DNA from: Macrostomum lignano
Lineage: Eukaryota
Assembly: GCA_002269645.1 (NCBI GenBank)
Contig: NIVC01000424.1
Location: forward strand, 248,001-312,000
DNA length: 64,000 nucleotides
Reading direction: 5' to 3'
Part shown: piece by piece, positions 1 to 18,769 of the stretch
Layout: the number at the start of each line of letters is the position of its first letter
Position numbering within the stretch: the first letter of the stretch is position 1
Notes under the pieces: model-generated
Databases searched by the model: none
What the model saw: only the letters and a program-made list of their open reading frames with translations
Told to the model about the DNA's origin: nothing
Made by a program: the position numbers and the translations under genes

Positions 1-1603
1 GTCGAAAACTGATTTAGCAACCACCATCACAAGCTCGAAAAGTCACATTGTCGAAAACTGATTTAGCAACCACCACCACAAGCTCGAAAAGTCACATTGT
101 CGAAAACTGATTTAGCAACCACCACCACAAGCTCGAAAAGTCACATTGTCGAAAACTGATTTAGCAACCACCACCACAAGCTCGAAAAGTCACATTGTCG
201 AAAACTGATTTAGCAACCACCATCACAAGCTCGAAAAGTCACATTGTCGAAAACTGATTTAGCAACCACCACCACAAGCTCGAAAAGTCACATTGTCGAA
301 AACTGATTTAGCAACCACCACCACAAGCTCGAAAAGTCACATTGTCGAAAACTGATTTAGCAACCACCACCACAAGCTCGAAAAGTCACATTGTCGAAAA
401 CTGATTTAGCAACCACCATCACAAGCTCGAAAAGTCACATTGTCGAAAACTGATTTAGCAACCACCACCACAAGCTCGAAAAGTCACATTGTCGAAAACT
501 GATTTAGCAACCACCACCACAAGCTCGAAAAGTCACATTGTCGAAAACTGATTTAGCAACCACCATCACAAGCTCGAAAAGTCACATTGTCGAAAACTGA
601 TTTAGCAACCACCATCACAAGCTCGAAAAGTCACATTGTCGAAAACTGATTTAGCAACCACCACCACAAGCTCGAAAAGTCACATTGTCGAAAACTGATT
701 TAGCAACCACCACCACAAGCTCGAAAAGTCACATTGTCGAAAACTGATTTAGCAACCACCATCACAAGCTCGAAAAGTCACATTGTCGAAAACTGATTTA
801 GCAACCACCACCACAAGCTCGAAAAGTCACATTGTCGAAAACTGATTTAGCAACCACCACCACAAGCTCGAAAAGTCACATTGTCGAAAACTGATTTAGC
901 AACCACCATCACAAGCTCGAAAAGTCACATTGTCGAAAACTGATTTAGCAACCACCACCACAAGCTCGAAAAGTCACATTGTCGAAAACTGATTTAGCAA
1001 CCACCACCACAAGCTCGAAAAGTCACATTGTCGAAAACTGATTTAGCAACCACCACCACAAGCTCGAAAAGTCACATTGTCGAAAACTGATTTAGCAACC
1101 ACCACCACAAGCTCGAAAAGTCACATTGTCGAAAACTGATTTAGCAACCACCACCACAAGCTCGAAAAGTCACATTGTCGAAAACTGATTTAGCAACCAC
1201 CATCACAAGCTCGAAAAGTCACATTGTCGAAAACTGATTTAGCAACCACCACCACAAGCTCGAAAAGTCACATTGTCGAAAACTGATTTAGCAACCACCA
1301 CCACAAGCTCGAAAAGTCACATTGTCGAAAACTGATTTAGCAACCACCATCACAAGCTCGAAAAGTCACATTGTCGAAAACTGATTTAGCAACCACCACC
1401 ACAAGCTCGAAAAGTCACATTGTCGAAAACTGATTTAGCAACCACCATCACAAGCTCGAAAAGTCACATTGTCGAAAACTGATTTAGCAACCACCATCAC
1501 AAGCTCGAAAAGTCACATCGTCGAAAACTGATTTAGCAACCATCACAAGCTCGAAAAGTCACATCGTCGAAAACTGATTTAGCAACCATCACAAGCTCGA
1601 AAA
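1..1603. repeat. 49-bp satellite array, about 32 copies, truncated by window start
   Basis: Unit GTCGAAAACTGATTTAGCAACCACCA(C/T)CACAAGCTCGAAAAGTCACATT recurs every 49 nt; the last two copies are 46 bp. Confidence 0.98.
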
Positions 1604-1729
1604 GGGTTAGGGTTGGAGCTTGTGCCTTAAGGTTTAGGGTTTAGGGTTAGGGTTAGAGTCGTGCCTTTTCGAGCTTGTGGTGGTGGTTGCTAACCTTTTC
1701 GACGATGTGACTTTTCGAGCTTGTGATGG
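1604..1729. repeat. Interstitial telomere-like (TTAGGG/TTTAGGG) patch followed by an inverted copy of the 49-bp satellite unit
   Basis: GGGTTAGGGTT at 1604 and GGTTTAGGGTTTAGGGTTAGGGTTAG at 1631; 1666-1729 is the reverse complement of about 1.3 satellite units. Confidence 0.9.
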
Positions 1730-1818
1730 CGACCCCACTATTTGTGTCGAACGCAACGATTATACAATAATTGAATACAAATATGAGTCCATTACACTCC
1801 TTGATTATGCATACTCAC

Positions 1819-6091
<4,273 letters not shown>

Positions 6092-6469
6092 CTGCATGGT
6101 TGGACGGACAATTGATTATGAATATTAATCATTTTTTGCCTGTTCGCAAATTTCGCAAGTTTCGCAATTTTTTGCCTGTGCTCTCTGGCGCGATCAACTG
6201 TGTCATGGATTACAAGGACTACAATCGAATTTCTTAAAAATGGTGAGGAATCTCTTAATGAATGCGTCAGATTTTCTCGATCGAAATTGTCTATGGCCAA
6301 ACCTACGACAGCACACTAAATGTACTGGCAATAAGACAAATATAGGTTCCTTACCGACCTCTACAGAGTTCATTTCTACGAAACTAGAGTTGTGGCGTCC
6401 TACTTTAGTCTTCCATGTTTTGGGCTCAGCTTAGTAGCGTTTTCAGAATGTCAACTAGCAATCTACGCC

Positions 6470-7540
6470 CCCCGTTGGGGAGCCAAAGAAATGCAATACA
6501 CGTTTTTTTAATAAGCTACATGTATCCTTGAAATCTTAAAAAATCTCCTATCAAACCTTGTAAGCCTTGACATGTCAGTAATTCCCCCCCACAAGCTTTA
6601 ACATATCAACTTCCCCCCTTGACATCTCAGCCATGCCCCCAATAAGCCTTGGAAATCTAAAAATATCTGTCAACCTTCTAACCCTAACCCTAACCTAACC
6701 CTAAAGCATTGAAATTTCAGTAATTCTCTTTAAGAGTCATTATAGCACTACTACAGCATTATAGCGATTCCCTGCAAGCCTCGACATCGTAGGGATTCCC
6801 AAATGAATATCTTAACTTCGACATGAAGCTTCTTTTATTTTTTACATTACGCTTTTTTAATCAGCGATCCCTCCCCTGAGGAGGCATCAAATAATGTAAT
6901 AAAAAGTTTTCAATAAACTACATGTAGCTTCTGACTTTAGCCTTGAAATCTCATTTATACCCCCGTGAGCCTTGACATCTCAGCTATTCCCCCCGTAAGC
7001 CTTGACATGTCAGCAATGGCGCCCATAAACCTTGAAATCTGAAAAATCCCCTGCTAACCTTGAAACTCGATAAAATATAACCCTCAACCCACACCTGACC
7101 TAAACCTAACTTTAACCCAACATAAAGCCTTGAAATCTCAGCAATTCTTCTCCCCTAAGCCTTGACATTTTAGTGATTCCTTCTTTAAGAATCACAGCAC
7201 TATAACGATTTCCACCTAGCTTTGACATCGTAGCAATTCCCAAATGAATCTTTTAACTTCGACATGACTTTTCTTTTATGTATACATAGTGCTACTTTTA
7301 TTTTTTACATGACTCTTCTTCTATCAGCGCCTCCCGTGGCGAGCCAACAAAGAATGCAATAAAAAAAATTGAGTAAAGTACATGAACTTTGAATTAGCTT
7401 CTGACTTTTGCTTTGACATCTCAGAAACCCCCCCCGTAATCTCAGTTATTCTCTGAGAGCCTTGACGTCTCAGTTTTTCTCCCCAGCACAGCATTATAGC
7501 TGCATTTAATTTTTCCATGACACCTTTCATGTCTGACATG
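6470..7540. repeat. Degenerate 400-460 bp tandem repeat (about 2.5 copies) carrying CCCTAA telomere-like patches
   Basis: Similar starts at about 6479, 6879 and 7338 (GAGCCAA..AATG(C/T)AATA..TACATG), internal GCCTTGA(C/A)AT(C/G)TCAG subrepeats, CTAACCCTAACCCTAACCTAACCCTAA at 6678-6704 and a decayed version at 7080-7120. Confidence 0.7.
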
Positions 7541-10500
7541 ACGCTTCTTTTATTCTACTATGATGCTTCTTAATTTTTTAAATGACACTTTCATTAGTTT
7601 TTAAATGACGCTTCTATGATTTTTTCATGACGATTCTATGATTTTTTACATGACGCTTCTATGATTTTTAGATGACGCTTCGATGATTGTTTACATGACG
7701 CTTATATGATTTTTAACATGACGCTTCTATGATTTTTAAAATGACGCTTCTATGATTGTTTACATGACGCTTCTATGATTTTTTACATGACGCTTCTATG
7801 ATTTTTAACATGACGCTTCTATGATTGTTTACATGACGCTTCTATGATTGTTTACATGACGCTTCTATGATTTTTTAAATGACGCTTCTATGATTTTTAT
7901 ATTACGCTCTTACGATTTTTTACATGACGCTTCTATGATTGTTTACACGATGCTTCTATGATTTTTACATGGCGCTTCTATGATTGTTTACATGGCGCTT
8001 CTATGATTGTTTATATGACGCTTCTATGATTTTTTAAATGACGCTTCTACGATTTTTTACATGACGCTTTTATGATGTTTTAGATGACGCTTCTATGATT
8101 GTTTACATGACGCTTCTATGATTTTTTACATGACGCTTCTATGATTGTTTACACGATGCTTCTATGATTTTTTACATGACGCTTCTATGATTTTTTACAT
8201 GACGCTTCTATGATTGTTTACATGACGCTTCTATGATTTTTACATGACGCTTCTATGATTTTTTACATGACGCTTCTATGATTGTTTACATGACGCTTCT
8301 ATGATTTTTTACATGACGCTTCTATGATTGTTTACATGACGCTTCTATGATTGTTTACATGACGCTTCTATGATTTTTTAAATGACGTTTTTTGATTTTT
8401 ATATGACGCCTCTATGATTTTTTAAATGACGCTTCTATGATTTTTATATTACGCTCTTACGATTTTTTACATGACGCTTCTATGATTGTTTACACGATGC
8501 TTCTATGATTTTTTACATGACTCTTCTATGATTTTTACATGACGCTTCCATGATTGTTTACATGACGCTTCTATGATTTTTTACATGACGCTTCTATGAT
8601 TGTTTACATGACGCTTCTATGATTGTTTACATGACGCTTCTATGATTTTTTAAATGACGCTTCTATGATTTTTATATGACGCTTCTATGATTGTTTACAT
8701 GACGCTTCTATGATTGTTTACATGGCGCTTCTATGATTGTTTACATGACGCTTCTATGATTGTTTATATGACGCTTCTATGATTTTTTAAATGACGCTTC
8801 TACGATTTTTTACATGACGCTTTTATGATGTTTTAGATGACGCTTCTATGATTTTTTACATGACGCTTCTATGATTTTTTACATGAAGCTTCTATGATTG
8901 TTTACATGACGCTTCTATGATTGTTTGCATGACGCTTCTATAATTTTTTACATGACGCTTCCATGATTGTTTACATGACGCTTCTATGATTTTTTACATG
9001 ACGCTTCTATGATTGTTTACATGACGCTTCTATGATTGTTTACATGACGCTTCTATGATTTTTTAAATGACGCTTCTATGATTTTTATATGACGCTTCTA
9101 TGATTGTTTACATGACGATTCTATGATTGTTTACATGGCGCTTCTATGATTGTTTACATGGCGCTTCTATGATTGTTTATATGACGCTTCTATGATTTTT
9201 TAATGACGCTTCTACGATTTTTTACATGACGCTTTTATGATGTTTTAGATGACGCTTCTATGATTTTTTACATGACGCTTCTATGATTTTTTACATGACG
9301 CTTCTATGATTGTTTACACGACGCTTCTATGATTTTTTACATGACGCTTCTATGATTTTTACATGACGCTTCTATGATTGTTTACATGACGCTTCTATGA
9401 TTGTTTACATGACGCTTCTATGATTTTTTACATGACGCTTCTATGATTGTTTACATGACGCTTCTATGATTGTTTATATGACGCTTCTATGATTTTTTAA
9501 ATGACGCTTCTACGATTTTTTACATGACGCTTTTATGATGTTTTAGATGACGCTTCTATGATTTTTTACATGACGCTTCTATGATTTTTTACATGAAGCT
9601 TCTATGATTGTTTACATGACGCTTCTATGATTGTTTGCATGACGCTTCTATAATTTTTTACATGACGCTTCCATGATTGTTTACATGACGCTTCTATGAT
9701 TTTTTACATGACGCTTCTATGATTGTTTACATGACGCTTCTATGATTGTTTACATGACGCTTCTATGATTTTTTAAATGACGCTTCTATGATTTTTATAT
9801 GACGCTTCTATGATTGTTTACATGACGATTCTATGATTGTTTACATGGCGCTTCTATGATTGTTTACATGGCGCTTCTATGATTGTTTATATGACGCTTC
9901 TATGATTTTTTAAATGACGCTTCTACGATTTTTTACATGACGCTTTTATGATGTTTTAGATGACGCTTCTATGATTTTTTACATGACGCTTCTATGATTT
10001 TTTACATGACGCTTCTATGATTGTTTACACGACGCTTCTATGATTTTTTACATGACGCTTCTATGATTTTTACATGACGCTTCTATGATTGTTTACATGA
10101 CGCTTCTATGATTGTTTATATGACGCTTCTATGATTTTTTACATGACGCTTCTATGATTTTTTACATGACGCTTCTATGATTGTTTACACGATGCTTCTA
10201 TGATTTTTTACATGACGCTTCTATGATTTTTTACATGACGCTTCTATGATTTTTTACATGACGCTTCTATGATTATTTCATGACGCTTCTACGATTTCTG
10301 CAGGACGCTTCAATGATTTTTACATGACACCTCTATGATTTTTACATGACGCTTCTATGATTTTTACATGACGCTTCTATGATTTTTTATATGACGCTTC
10401 TATGATTGTTTATATGACGCTTCTATGCTTTTTACATGACGCTTCTATGATTTTTTACATGACTCTTCTATGATTGTTTACATGACGCTTCTATGATTGT

Positions 10501-13500
10501 TTACATGACGCTTCTATGATTTTTTACATGACGCTTCTATGATTTTTACATGACGCTTCTATGATTGTTTACATGACGCTTCTATGATTTTTACATGACG
10601 CTTCTATGATTTTTTAAATGACGCTTCTATGATTTTTATATGACGCTTCTATGATTTTTTACATGACGCTTCTATGATTTTTACATGACGCTTCTATGAT
10701 TTTTACATGACGCTTCTATGATTTTTACATGACGCTTCTATGATTTTTTACATGACGCTTCTATGATTTTTACATGACGCTTCTATGATTTTTACATGAC
10801 GCTTCTATGATTTTTACATGACGCTTCTATGATTTTTACATGACGCTTCTATGATTTTTACATGACGCTTCTATGATTGTTTACATGACGCTTCTATGAT
10901 TGTTTACATGACGCTTCTATGATTGTTTACATGACGCTTCTATGATTGTTTACATGGCGCTTCTACGATTTTTACATGACGCTTTTATGATGTTTTAGAT
11001 GACGCTTCTATGATTTTTTACATGACGCTTCTATGATTTTTTACATGACGCTTCTATGATTGTTTACATGACGCTTCTATGATTGTTTGCATGACGCTTC
11101 TATATTTTTTACATGACGCTTCTATGATTGTTTACATGACGCTTCTATGATTTTTTACATGACGCTTCTATGATTGTTTACGTGACGCTTCTATGATTGT
11201 TTACATGACGCTTCTATGATTTTTTAAATGACGCTTCTATGATTTTTATATGACGCTTCTATGATTGTTTACATGACGCTTCTATGATTGTTTACATGAC
11301 GCTTCTATGATTGTTTACATGACGCTTCTATGATTGTTTATATGACGTTTCTATGATTTTTTAAATGACGCTTCTACGATTTTTACATGACGCTTTATGA
11401 TGTTTTAGATGACGCTTCTATGATTTTTTACATGACGCTTCTATGATTTTTTACATGACGCTTCTATGATTGTTTACATGACGCTTCTATGATTGTTTGC
11501 ATGACGCTTCTATAATTTTTTACATGACGCTTCTATGATTGTTTACATGACGCTTCTATGATTTTTTACATGACGCTTCTATGATTGTTTACATGACGCT
11601 TCTATGATTGTTTACATGACGCTTCTATGATTTTTTAAATGACGCTTCTATGATTTTTATATGACGCTTCTATGATTGTTTACATGACGATTCTATGATT
11701 GTTTACATGGCGCTTCTATGATTGTTTACATGACGCTTCTATGATTGTTTATATGACGCTTCTATGATTTTTAAATGACGCTTCTACGATTTTTTACATG
11801 ACGCTTTATGATGTTTTAGATGACGCTTCTATGATTTTTTACATGACGCTTCTATGATTTTTTACATGACGCTTCTATGATTGTTTACACGACGCTTCTA
11901 TGATTTTTTACATGACGCTTCTATGATTTTTACATGACGCTTCTATGATTGTTTACATGACGCTTCTATGATTGTTTACATGACGCTTCTATGATTTTTA
12001 CATGACGCTTCTATGATTGTTTACATGACGCTTCTATGATTGTTTATGACGCTTCTATGATTTTTTAAATGACGCTTCTACGATTTTTTACATGACGCTT
12101 TTATGATGTTTTAGATGACGCTTCTATGATTTTTTACATGACGCTTCTATGATTTTTTACATGACGCTTCTATGATTGTTTACATGACGCTTCTATGATT
12201 GTTTGCATGACGCTTCTATATTTTTTACATGACGCTTCTATGATTGTTTACATGACGCTTCTATGATTTTTTACATGACGCTTCTATGATTGTTTACATG
12301 ACGCTTCTATGATTGTTTACATGACGCTTCTATGATTTTTTAAATGACGCTTCTATGATTTTTATATGACGCTTCTATGATTGTTTACATGACGCTTCTA
12401 TGATTGTTTACATGACGCTTCTATGATTGTTTACATGACGCTTCTATGATTGTTTATATGACGCTTCTATGATTTTTTAATGACGCTTCTACGATTTTTT
12501 ACATGACGCTTTATGATGTTTTAGATGACGCTTCTATGATTTTTTACATGACGCTTCTATGATTTTTTACATGACGCTTCTATGATTGTTTACACGACGC
12601 TTCTATGATTTTTTACATGACGCTTCTATGATTTTTACATGACGCTTCTATGATTGTTTACATGACGCTTCTATGATTGTTTATATGACGCTTCTATGAT
12701 TTTTACATGACGCTTCTATGATTTTTTACATGACGCTTCTATGATTGTTTACACGATGCTTCTATGATTTTTTACATGACGCTTCTATGATTTTTTACAT
12801 GACGCTTCTATGATTTTTTACATGACGCTTCTATGATTTTTCATGACGCTTCTACGATTTCTGCAGGACGCTTCAATGATTTTTACATGACACTCTATGA
12901 TTTTTACATGACGCTTCTATGATTTTTACATGACGCTTCTATGATTTTTTATATGACGCTTCTATGATTGTTTATATGACGCTTCTATGCTTTTTACATG
13001 ACGCTTCTATGATTTTTACATGACTCTTCTATGATTGTTTACATGACGCTTCCATGATTGTTTACATGACGCTTCTATGATTTTTTACATGACGCTTCTA
13101 TGATTGTTTACATGACGCTTCTATGATTGTTTACATGACGCTTCTATGATTTTTTAAATGACGTTTTTTTGATTTTTATATGACGCTCTATGATTTTTTA
13201 CATGACGCTTCTATGATTTTTATATTACGCTCTTACGATTTTTTACATGACGCTTCTATGATTGTTTACACGATGCTTCTATGATTTTTTACATGACTCT
13301 TCTATGATTTTTACATGACGCTTTAATGATTTTTTCATGACGCTTCTACGATTTTTTACATGAAGCTTCTATGATTGTTTACATGACGCTTCTATGATTG
13401 TTTACATGACGCTTCTATGATTTTTTAAATGACGCTTCTATGATTTTTATATGACGCTTCTATGATTGTTTACATGACGCTTCTATGATTGTTTACATGG

Positions 13501-16500
13501 CGCTTCTATGATTGTTTACATGACGCTTCTATGATTGTTTATATGACGCTTCTATGATTTTTAAATGGCGCTTCTACGATTTTTTACATGACGCTTTTAT
13601 GATGTTTTAGATGACGCTTCTATGATTTTTTACATGACGCTTCTATGATTTTTTACATGAAGCTTCTATGATTGTTTACATGACGCTTCTATGATTGTTT
13701 GCATGACGCTTCTATAATTTTTTACATGACGCTTCCATGATTGTTTACATGACGCTTCTATGATTTTTTACATGACGCTTCTATGATTGTTTACATGACG
13801 CTTCTATGATTGTTTACATGACGCTTCTATGATTTTTTAAATGACGCTTCTATGATTTTTATATGACGCTTCTATGATTGTTTACATGACGCTTCTATGA
13901 TTGTTTACATGGCGCTTCTATGATTGTTTACATGACGCTTCTATGATTGTTTATATGACGTTTCTATGATTTTTTAAATGACGCTTCTACGATTTTTTAC
14001 ATGACGCTTTTATGATGTTTTAGATGACGCTTCTATGATTTTTTACATGACGCTTCTATGATTTTTTACATGAAGCTTCTATGATTGTTTACATGACGCT
14101 TCTATGATTGTTTGCATGACGCTTCTATAATTTTTTACATGACGCTTCCATGATTGTTTACATGACGCTTCTATGATTTTTTATATGACGCTTCTATGAT
14201 TTTTTACATGACGCTTCTATGATTGTTTACACGATGCTTCTATGATTTTTTACATGACGCTTCTATGATTTTTTACATGACTCTTCTATGATTTTTTACA
14301 TGACGCTTCTATGATTATTTCATGACGCTTCTACGATTTCTGCAGGACGCTTCAATGATTTTTACATGACACCTCTATGATTTTTACATGACGCTTCTAT
14401 GATTTTTACATGACGCTTCTATGATTTTTTATATGACGCTTCTATGATTGTTTATATGACGCTTCTATGCTTTTTACATGACGCTTCTATGATTTTTTAC
14501 ATGACTCTTCTATGATTGTTTACATGACGCTTCCATGATTGTTTACATGACGCTTCTATGATTTTTTACATGACGCTTCTATGATTGTTTACATGACGCT
14601 TCTATGATTGTTTACATGACGCTTCTATGATTTTTTAAATGACGTTTTTTTGATTTTTATATGACGCCTCTATGATTTTTTAAATGACGCTTCTATGATT
14701 TTTATATTACGCTCTTACGATTTTTTACATGACGCTTCTATGATTGTTTACACGATGCTTCTATGATTTTTTACATGACTCTTCTATGATTTTTACATGA
14801 CGCTTTAATGATTTTTTCATGACGCTTCTACGATTTTTTACATGAAGCTTCTATGATTGTTTACATGACGCTTCTATGATTGTTTACATGACGCTTCTAT
14901 GATTTTTTAAATGACGCTTCTATGATTTTTATATGACGCTTCTATGATTGTTTACATGACGCTTCTATGATTGTTTACATGGCGCTTCTATGATTGTTTA
15001 CATGACGCTTCTATGATTGTTTATATGACGCTTCTATGATTTTTTAAATGGCGCTTCTACGATTTTTTACATGACGCTTTTATGATGTTTTAGATGACGC
15101 TTCTATGATTTTTTACATGACGCTTCTATGATTTTTTACATGAAGCTTCTATGATTGTTTACATGACGCTTCTATGATTGTTTGCATGACGCTTCTATAA
15201 TTTTTTACATGACGCTTCCATGATTGTTTACATGACGCTTCTATGATTGTTTACATGACGCTTCTATGATTGTTTACATGACGCTTCTATGATTGTTTAC
15301 ATGACGCTTCTATGATTTTTTAAATGACGCTTCTATGATTTTTATATGACGCTTCTATGATTTTTATATGACGCTTCTATGATTGTTTACATGACGCTTC
15401 TATGATTGTTTACATGGCGCTTCTATGATTGTTTACATGACGCTTCTATGATTGTTTATATGACGCTTCTATGATTTTTTAAATGACGCTTCTACGATTT
15501 TTTACATGACGCTTTTATGATGTTTTAGATGACGCTTCTATGATTTTTTACATGACGCTTCTATGATTTTTTACATGACGCTTCTATGATTGTTTACACG
15601 ACGCTTCTATGATTTTTTACATGACGCTTCTATGATTTTTACATGACGCTTCTATGATTGTTTACATGACGCTTCTATGATTGTTTATATGACGCTTCTA
15701 TGATTTTTTACATGACGCTTCTATGATTTTTTACATGACGCTTCTATGATTGTTTACACGATGCTTCTATGATTTTTTACATGACGCTTCTATGATTTTT
15801 TACATGACGCTTCTATGATTTTTTACATGACGCTTCTATGATTATTTCATGACGCTTCTACGATTTCTGCAGGACGCTTCAATGATTTTTACATGACACC
15901 TCTATGATTTTTACATGACGCTTCTATGATTTTTTATATGACGCTTCTATGATTGTTTATATGACGCTTCTATGCTTTTTACATGACGCTTCTATGATTT
16001 TTTACATGACTCTTCTATGATTGTTTACATGACGCTTCCATGATTGTTTACATGACGCTTCTATGATTTTTTACATGACGCTTCTATGATTGTTTACATG
16101 ACGCTTCTATGATTGTTTACATGACGCTTCTATGATTTTTTAAATGACGTTTTTTTGATTTTTATATGACGCCTCTATGATTTTTTAAATGACGCTTCTA
16201 TGATTTTTATATTACGCTCTTACGATTTTTTACATGACGCTTCTATGATTGTTTACACGATGCTTCTATGATTTTTTACATGACTCTTCTATGATTTTTA
16301 CATGACGCTTTAATGATTTTTTCATGACGCTTCTACGATTTTTTACATGAAGCTTCTATGATTGTTTACATGACGCTTCTATGATTGTTTACATGACGCT
16401 TCTATGATTTTTTAAATGACGCTTCTATGATTTTTATATGACGCTTCTATGATTGTTTACATGACGCTTCTATGATTGTTTAAATGACGCTTCTATGATT

Positions 16501-17620
16501 TTTATATGACGCTTCTATGATTGTTTACATGACGCTTCTATGATTGTTTACATGGCGCTTCTATGATTGTTTACATGACGCTTCTATGATTGTTTATATG
16601 ACGCTTCTATGATTTTTTAAATGACGCTTCTACGATTTTTTACATGACGCTTTTATGATGTTTTAGATGACGCTTCTATGATTTTTTACATGACGCTTCT
16701 ATGATTTTTTATATGACGCTTCTATGATTGTTTACACGACGCTTCTATGATTTTTTACATGACGCTTCTATGATTTTTACATGACGCTTCTATGATTGTT
16801 TACATGACGCTTCTATGATTGTTTATATGACGCTTCTATGATTTTTTACATGACGCTTCTATGATTTTTTACATGACGCTTCTATGATTGTTTACACGAT
16901 GCTTCTATAATTTTTTACATGACGCTTCTATGATTTTTTACATGACGCTTCTATGATTTTTTACATGACGCTTCTATGATTATTTCATGACGCTTCTACG
17001 ATTTCTGCAGGACGCTTCAATGATTTTTACATGACACCTCTATGATTTTTACATGACGCTTCTATGATTTTTACATGACGCTTCTATGATTTTTTATATG
17101 ACGCTTCTATGATTGTTTATATGACGCTTCTATGCTTTTTACATGACGCTTCTATGATTTTTTACATGACGCTTCTATGATTGTTTACATGACGCTTCTA
17201 TGATTTTTTAAATGACTTTTTTTGATTTTTATATGACGCCTCTATGATTTTTTAAATGACGCTTTTATGATTTTTATATTACGCTCTTACGATTTTTTAC
17301 ATGACGCTTCTATGATTGTTTACACGATGCTTCTATGATTTTTTACATGACTCTTCTATGATTTTTACATGACGCTTTAATGATTTTTTCATGACGCTTC
17401 TACGATTTTTTACATGAAGCTTCTATGATTGTTTACATGACGCTTCTATGATTGTTTACATGACGCTTCTATGATTGTTTACATGACGCTTCTATGATTT
17501 TTTACATGACACTTCTATGCTTTTTACATGATGCTTCCACGATTTTTTACATGACACTTCTACGATTTTTTACATGACGCTTCTATGATTTTTTACATGA
17601 CGCTTTTATGATTTTTTTAG
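7540..17620. repeat. 10-kb satellite of 20-21 bp monomers with higher-order structure
   Basis: Monomer ACATGACGCTTCTATGATT(TTT/GTT)T; rare variants recur in blocks, e.g. CTGCAG at 10298, 12861, 14340, 15867 and 17005. Confidence 0.98.
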
Positions 17621-17959
17621 TTTTCTTGGCGTTAAAAAGCTTTAATTAAAAAAACTCTACTCTCTAAAAATTCGAACCATCGTTTCTGCATTTAGCAGTT
17701 CAGTCTGTTTACCTCTAGGCTAGCTCTCATCGTTTTGATAACATGAATTCAGCACTTATAATTATAAGTTTCAAAACTCCAAGCATAGAGTAAATCACAC
17801 GAGGCAGTTATTACATAATCAATTTCTCAGTCAGTCAGTATCAGTTAACAATATTGTTGCGCAATCTAAATCAAGTCTGCAGTGCTACGCTTCCACACTG
17901 CATTTTCAATACTGTGACGCAATTCAAGTCGGAGTTACAATTCAGTTATGATGTAATCT

Positions 17960-18222
17960 ATTTCAGAATCAGAATTCAACCAGTCAGTTTTTTCTCTAGC
18001 ATTCTTACAATGCATTTCAAGTCGAAAAGTTTGCTTGACCTTTGCAAAAAAGCATGTTTTTCGAATATTTAATCGCTTTAACATGGAGCAATTTCTTAGC
18101 CAAGATGCATGTACCGTCCCAGGAAAATTTCTGATCGAACAGTGCAAGTTCGAAGAAAATCGGTCCAGCCATTTTTTCTCTAATCGATTGCGTACAAACA
18201 AACAACTCATTTTTAGTATATA
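17960..18222 (-). mobile_element. Possible non-autonomous Helitron-like (Lep1/DINE-type) fragment
   Basis: GTGCAAGTTCGAAGAAAATCGGTCCAGCC..GCGTACAAACAAACAACTCATTTTTAGTATATAGGA resembles, from memory, the terminus of non-autonomous animal Helitrons; the other end was not identified. Confidence 0.35.
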
Positions 18223-18269
18223 GGACGAGGCCAACTCCTCCTCTGGAGGAGAAAGGGGAAGAATTCCCA

Positions 18270-18720
18270 TCACCGGAACTCCATTCCCTGAAATGCCATT
18301 CCCTGAATCCCATCATCCAACTCCTCTCCGCGAAACTGAACATCATCGAAATCTTCTCCGTAAAAGAGAACTCCATCAAACACCTCTCCGTGAAACTGAC
18401 ATTCATCAAAATCCCCTCCGAGAAATAGAAATCCTCTCCGTGAAACTGGACTCCATGGAAATCCTCTCCGTGAAACTGACATTCATCAAAATCCCCTCCG
18501 AGAAACAGAAATCCTCTCCGTGAAACTGGACTCCATGGAAATCCTCTCCGTGAAACTGACATTCATCAAAATCCCCTCCGAGAAACAGAAATCCTCTCCG
18601 TGAAACTGGACTCCATGGAAATCCTCTCCGTGAAACTGACATCCATCAAAATCGTCTTCGCGAAACAGAAATTCTCTCCATTAAACTGGACTGAATCGAA
18701 ATTTTCTCCGTAAAAAAGAA
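18270..18720. repeat. Minisatellite with an 80-bp higher-order unit (30+30+20 bp subunits)
   Basis: The subunit ATCCTCTCCGTGAAACTGGACTCC starts at 18431, 18511 and 18591; all subunits share CTCTCCGTGAAACTG-like cores. Confidence 0.9.
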
Positions 18721-18739
18721 TCAACTCTCAGGATTTAGT

Positions 18740-18769
18740 GGTTAGGGTTAGGGTTAGGGTTAGGGTTAG
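18740..18769 (+). repeat. Interstitial telomeric repeat (TTAGGG)4
   Basis: GGTTAGGGTTAGGGTTAGGGTTAGGGTTAG immediately after the 80-bp array. Confidence 0.95.

Noticed and set aside
1-1603. CRISPR-like appearance of this and other regular arrays
   Set aside because: Units are head-to-tail with no unique spacers, there are no cas genes, and the context is eukaryotic.
18740-18769. True chromosome end
   Set aside because: Only about five units, with complex sequence continuing on both sides.
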